Shown here one piece after another: positions 55,348 through 57,390 of a stretch of 57,390 bases of DNA (the first letter of the stretch is position 1; every line of letters begins with the position of its first letter). The notes under the pieces were generated by a model. That model was not told where the DNA came from and did no database searches. It saw only the letters and a program-made list of their open reading frames with translations. The DNA is taken from assembly GCA_964604875.1 (NCBI GenBank), contig CAZSAC010000003.1, positions 1 to 57,390 of the forward strand. The letters are read 5' to 3'. This stretch comes from an uncultured Bacteroidaceae bacterium. GTDB taxonomy: Bacteria > Bacillota > Clostridia > Christensenellales > CAG-917. A program made the position numbers and the translations under genes.

Positions 55348-56631
55348 TTAGTTAAGATAGGTTATTCCGTCAATTCTTAAGTCAAAGTAAGGCGCAGAAC
55401 GATATTCGGATTCTGCAAAATAAGTGATTGTTTTGCCGTTAACGGTTATTGTTTTAATAACGTTTGTATCAGGTGCAAAATCGCCTAAATCATCAACGTC
55501 TGCTACATATTCGGTTATAGCCTTGCCACCAACGGTAAATGTGCTTACGTCAAACACTTTCAATGTGCCGTCTGCAAACGCTTTTTTAGCTACTTCAATT
55601 GCTTCTGCGGTGCCAGCAGCTGCGGCAGCGCCAAGCTCTAAATCAACTACAGAGCCTGTATCGGTTGTTCCAACCCAATCAAATCCTAATGCGGTTACGC
55701 CGTTGATAGTGCAGTTAATCATATGCTCAAAATAAGGAGACCAATTAATCTTGCTGCCGGCAATATAGGAACCTGAACAACTGCTTTCGGTGCTGATATT
55801 GTATGTAACATTGGGGATACTGTTTTCTTTGCATGCCGTAGGAGCGCCCATAGAGTCAGCGTGTTGGCTGATTAATTTGCTTCCGCTTTGGATAAGAGCC
55901 AAAGCAGCGGCTTTTTCAGCAGCTTCATCATACCAGCTGCTTGTAAATTTAACGTCCATTTTTACTTCGGGGCAAACAGATTTAACGCCTAGGTAGAAAG
56001 ATGTTAAACCGGATACTACTTCTGCATAAGGATAAGCGCCTACATAGCCGATTTTAGCGTTAGCGCCTGTAGCTTTTCCATCAACAGCGGTGTTAGCGGC
56101 AACTGCCATTTCATTCAATTTTCTGCCGGCTGCAATACCTGCAAGGTAACGACCTTCATAGATTGAAGCAAATGCATTATAGAAGTTTGCTTGAAGCGCA
56201 GTATGAGCAGAAGTACCTGTCGCATGACAAAAACGTACAGTAGGGAACTCTTTTGCTGCCTTTAACATAAACTCTTGATGTCCAAAGCTATCTGCAAAAA
56301 TGATATTGCAACCTTGATCAACTAAATCAGCAGCGGTTTCATAGCAAGCATTGGTTTCAGCAATACCTGTTTTGATAATCAATTGGCTGTTTGTCAAGCC
56401 CATCGATGTAACGGTAGCTTTCATAGCGTCAATAAAGTTTTTATCATAGGTTGACTCCTCGCCGTGTAAACAAATCAAACCAATCTTAATGTCTGCTTTT
56501 TTAATTGGTTTAAAAGAAATAACCGATGATCCCTCAGGGGTTTTCTCTTCGTCCTTACAAGCGGTAAGACCGATTGACATAGAAACCACAAGCGCCAAGA
56601 TAAGCAAAAGTGCAAAAATCTTTTTATTCAT
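55348..56631 (-). CDS. BMP-family (PnrA/Med/TmpC-like) ABC substrate-binding lipoprotein
   Basis: Lipobox LTAC with a typical BMP fold pattern. The start is refined to MNKKIFALL (ATG at 56631), which follows SD GGAGGG; the longest ORF starts at 56643. Confidence 0.8.
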   Translation of the reverse strand: MNKKIFALLLILALVVSMSIGLTACKDEEKTPEGSSVISFKPIKKADIKIGLICLHGEESTYDKNFIDAMKATVTSMGLTNSQLIIKTGIAETNACYETAADLVDQGCNIIFADSFGHQEFMLKAAKEFPTVRFCHATGTSAHTALQANFYNAFASIYEGRYLAGIAAGRKLNEMAVAANTAVDGKATGANAKIGYVGAYPYAEVVSGLTSFYLGVKSVCPEVKMDVKFTSSWYDEAAEKAAALALIQSGSKLISQHADSMGAPTACKENSIPNVTYNISTESSCSGSYIAGSKINWSPYFEHMINCTINGVTALGFDWVGTTDTGSVVDLELGAAAAAGTAEAIEVAKKAFADGTLKVFDVSTFTVGGKAITEYVADVDDLGDFAPDTNVIKTITVNGKTITYFAESEYRSAPYFDLRIDGITYLN

Positions 56632-56666
56632 AGTACCCTCCATTATTTATGCCCGCAGGCAATTTA

Positions 56667-57239
56667 TTATCTTCTGAATTTAATGCCGTTTTCATCCATA
56701 GCTTCAATAATAGCCAAGCTTTCGACGCGCACACCCTGCCGTCTAAGCTCATCTCCGCCACCCTGAAAACCTTTTTCTATTGCGATTGCGCACCCTACAA
56801 GCGATGCGTCCGCTTTATTAACAATTTCAATCAAGCCCCTAAGAGCCTCGCCCCTTGCCAAAAAATCGTCGACAATCAAAACTCGGTCGTCGGAATTTAA
56901 ATAGGCTTTTTCAACCATAACGGTGTTTGTTTTGCCGTGAGTATAGCTTTTTATCTCGGCGGAATAGACATCGCTTGATATGTTTGCGGTTTTATTTTTC
57001 TTAGCAAAAAGCACCGAGGCGCGCAAATGTCTGGCTGCATAACATGCAATTGCGATTCCCGATGCTTCAATAGTCAAAATTTTGGTGATGCGCTGGTCTT
57101 TAAAGAGCGTGCTTATTTCCTTTCCGATTTCCTCTAGTAAGCTATCATCAATAAGATGATTTAAAAAACTTCCTACTTTCAACACCTCTCCGGGAAAGAC
57201 TTTGCCGTCCCTAAGAATGCGTTCCTCCAAAAGTACCAT
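56667..57239 (-). CDS. xpt: Xanthine phosphoribosyltransferase
   Basis: The MVLLEERILRDGKV...LKVGSFLNHLID N-terminus and the PRPP motif VLIVDDFLARGEA; 190 aa. Confidence 0.9.
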   Translation of the reverse strand: MVLLEERILRDGKVFPGEVLKVGSFLNHLIDDSLLEEIGKEISTLFKDQRITKILTIEASGIAIACYAARHLRASVLFAKKNKTANISSDVYSAEIKSYTHGKTNTVMVEKAYLNSDDRVLIVDDFLARGEALRGLIEIVNKADASLVGCAIAIEKGFQGGGDELRRQGVRVESLAIIEAMDENGIKFRR

Positions 57240-57341
57240 ATCAACTCCTAAATAACCATTAATAAATAGGACAGTATATACAACCCTATAAAATTTATTA
57301 AATATATAAATGAAAATAACTTAAAAGCAGAAGGAATAATA

Positions 57342-57390
57342 ATGACTCATCTTCATCACGATCACGTAGGAGGAGGGCAGGCCATTAGCC
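57342..57390 (+). CDS. Partial ORF at the window edge that begins directly with an MBL-like HxHxDH motif
   Basis: ATG follows GAAGGA, and the translation is MTHLHHDHVGGGQAIS. It is truncated by the window end, and the upstream frame is closed. Confidence 0.2.
   Translation, partial: MTHLHHDHVGGGQAIS

Noticed and set aside
57240-57341. Expected guanine/purine riboswitch upstream of xpt
   Set aside because: I read the minus strand of the leader and found none of the conserved purine-riboswitch junction or loop sequences. At about 100 nt of AT-rich DNA, the region is also too short and too unstructured.
1-57390. Mobile elements, prophage, CRISPR-Cas or defence islands
   Set aside because: No transposase, integrase, recombinase, phage structural, cas or restriction-modification-like ORFs appear in any frame. 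No inverted terminal repeats were noticed, and composition looks uniform across the window.

Overview
This 57.4-kb window looks like chromosomal DNA from a low-GC, endospore-forming and probably anaerobic Firmicute (Clostridia-like). That assignment is inferred from gene content: spoIIR, sleB-ypeB, cwlD, a YetF/DUF421 protein, an anaerobic sulfatase maturase and a class I Fe-S fumarase. About 90% of the window is coding, and most genes are housekeeping. They include two stand-alone tRNAs (Ala-UGC and Ile-GAU), radC-gltX, trxB, pth-mfd, tadA, rlmH, a complete glycogen cluster (glgB-glgC-glgD-glgA, then glgP plus a GH13 enzyme), and an xpt-led BMP-family nucleoside/purine ABC importer operon. 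I found no transposase, integrase, CRISPR array, rRNA gene or recognisable defence genes. The least ordinary part is the 43.5-49.7 kb locus. It holds a GPH/MFS-type permease fused to a roughly 440-aa coiled-coil, lysine-rich tail. Convergent with it is a five-TM membrane-anchored Cys-type sulfatase whose stop codon overlaps the start of a radical-SAM maturase (anSME). A second, leaderless Cys-type sulfatase is ATGA-coupled to gltX about 38 kb away. Other points worth a second look are a tight cluster of DnaA-box-like 9-mers in the cwlD intergenic region, tandem CPBP proteases wedged between a yycJ-like gene and rlmH, a roughly 60-aa insertion in the ABC ATPase, and several orphan or unusual proteins. 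All calls come from reading the ORF translations and DNA by eye. No database search was run, so family names rest on remembered motifs. I cannot claim with confidence that any single novel system is present.
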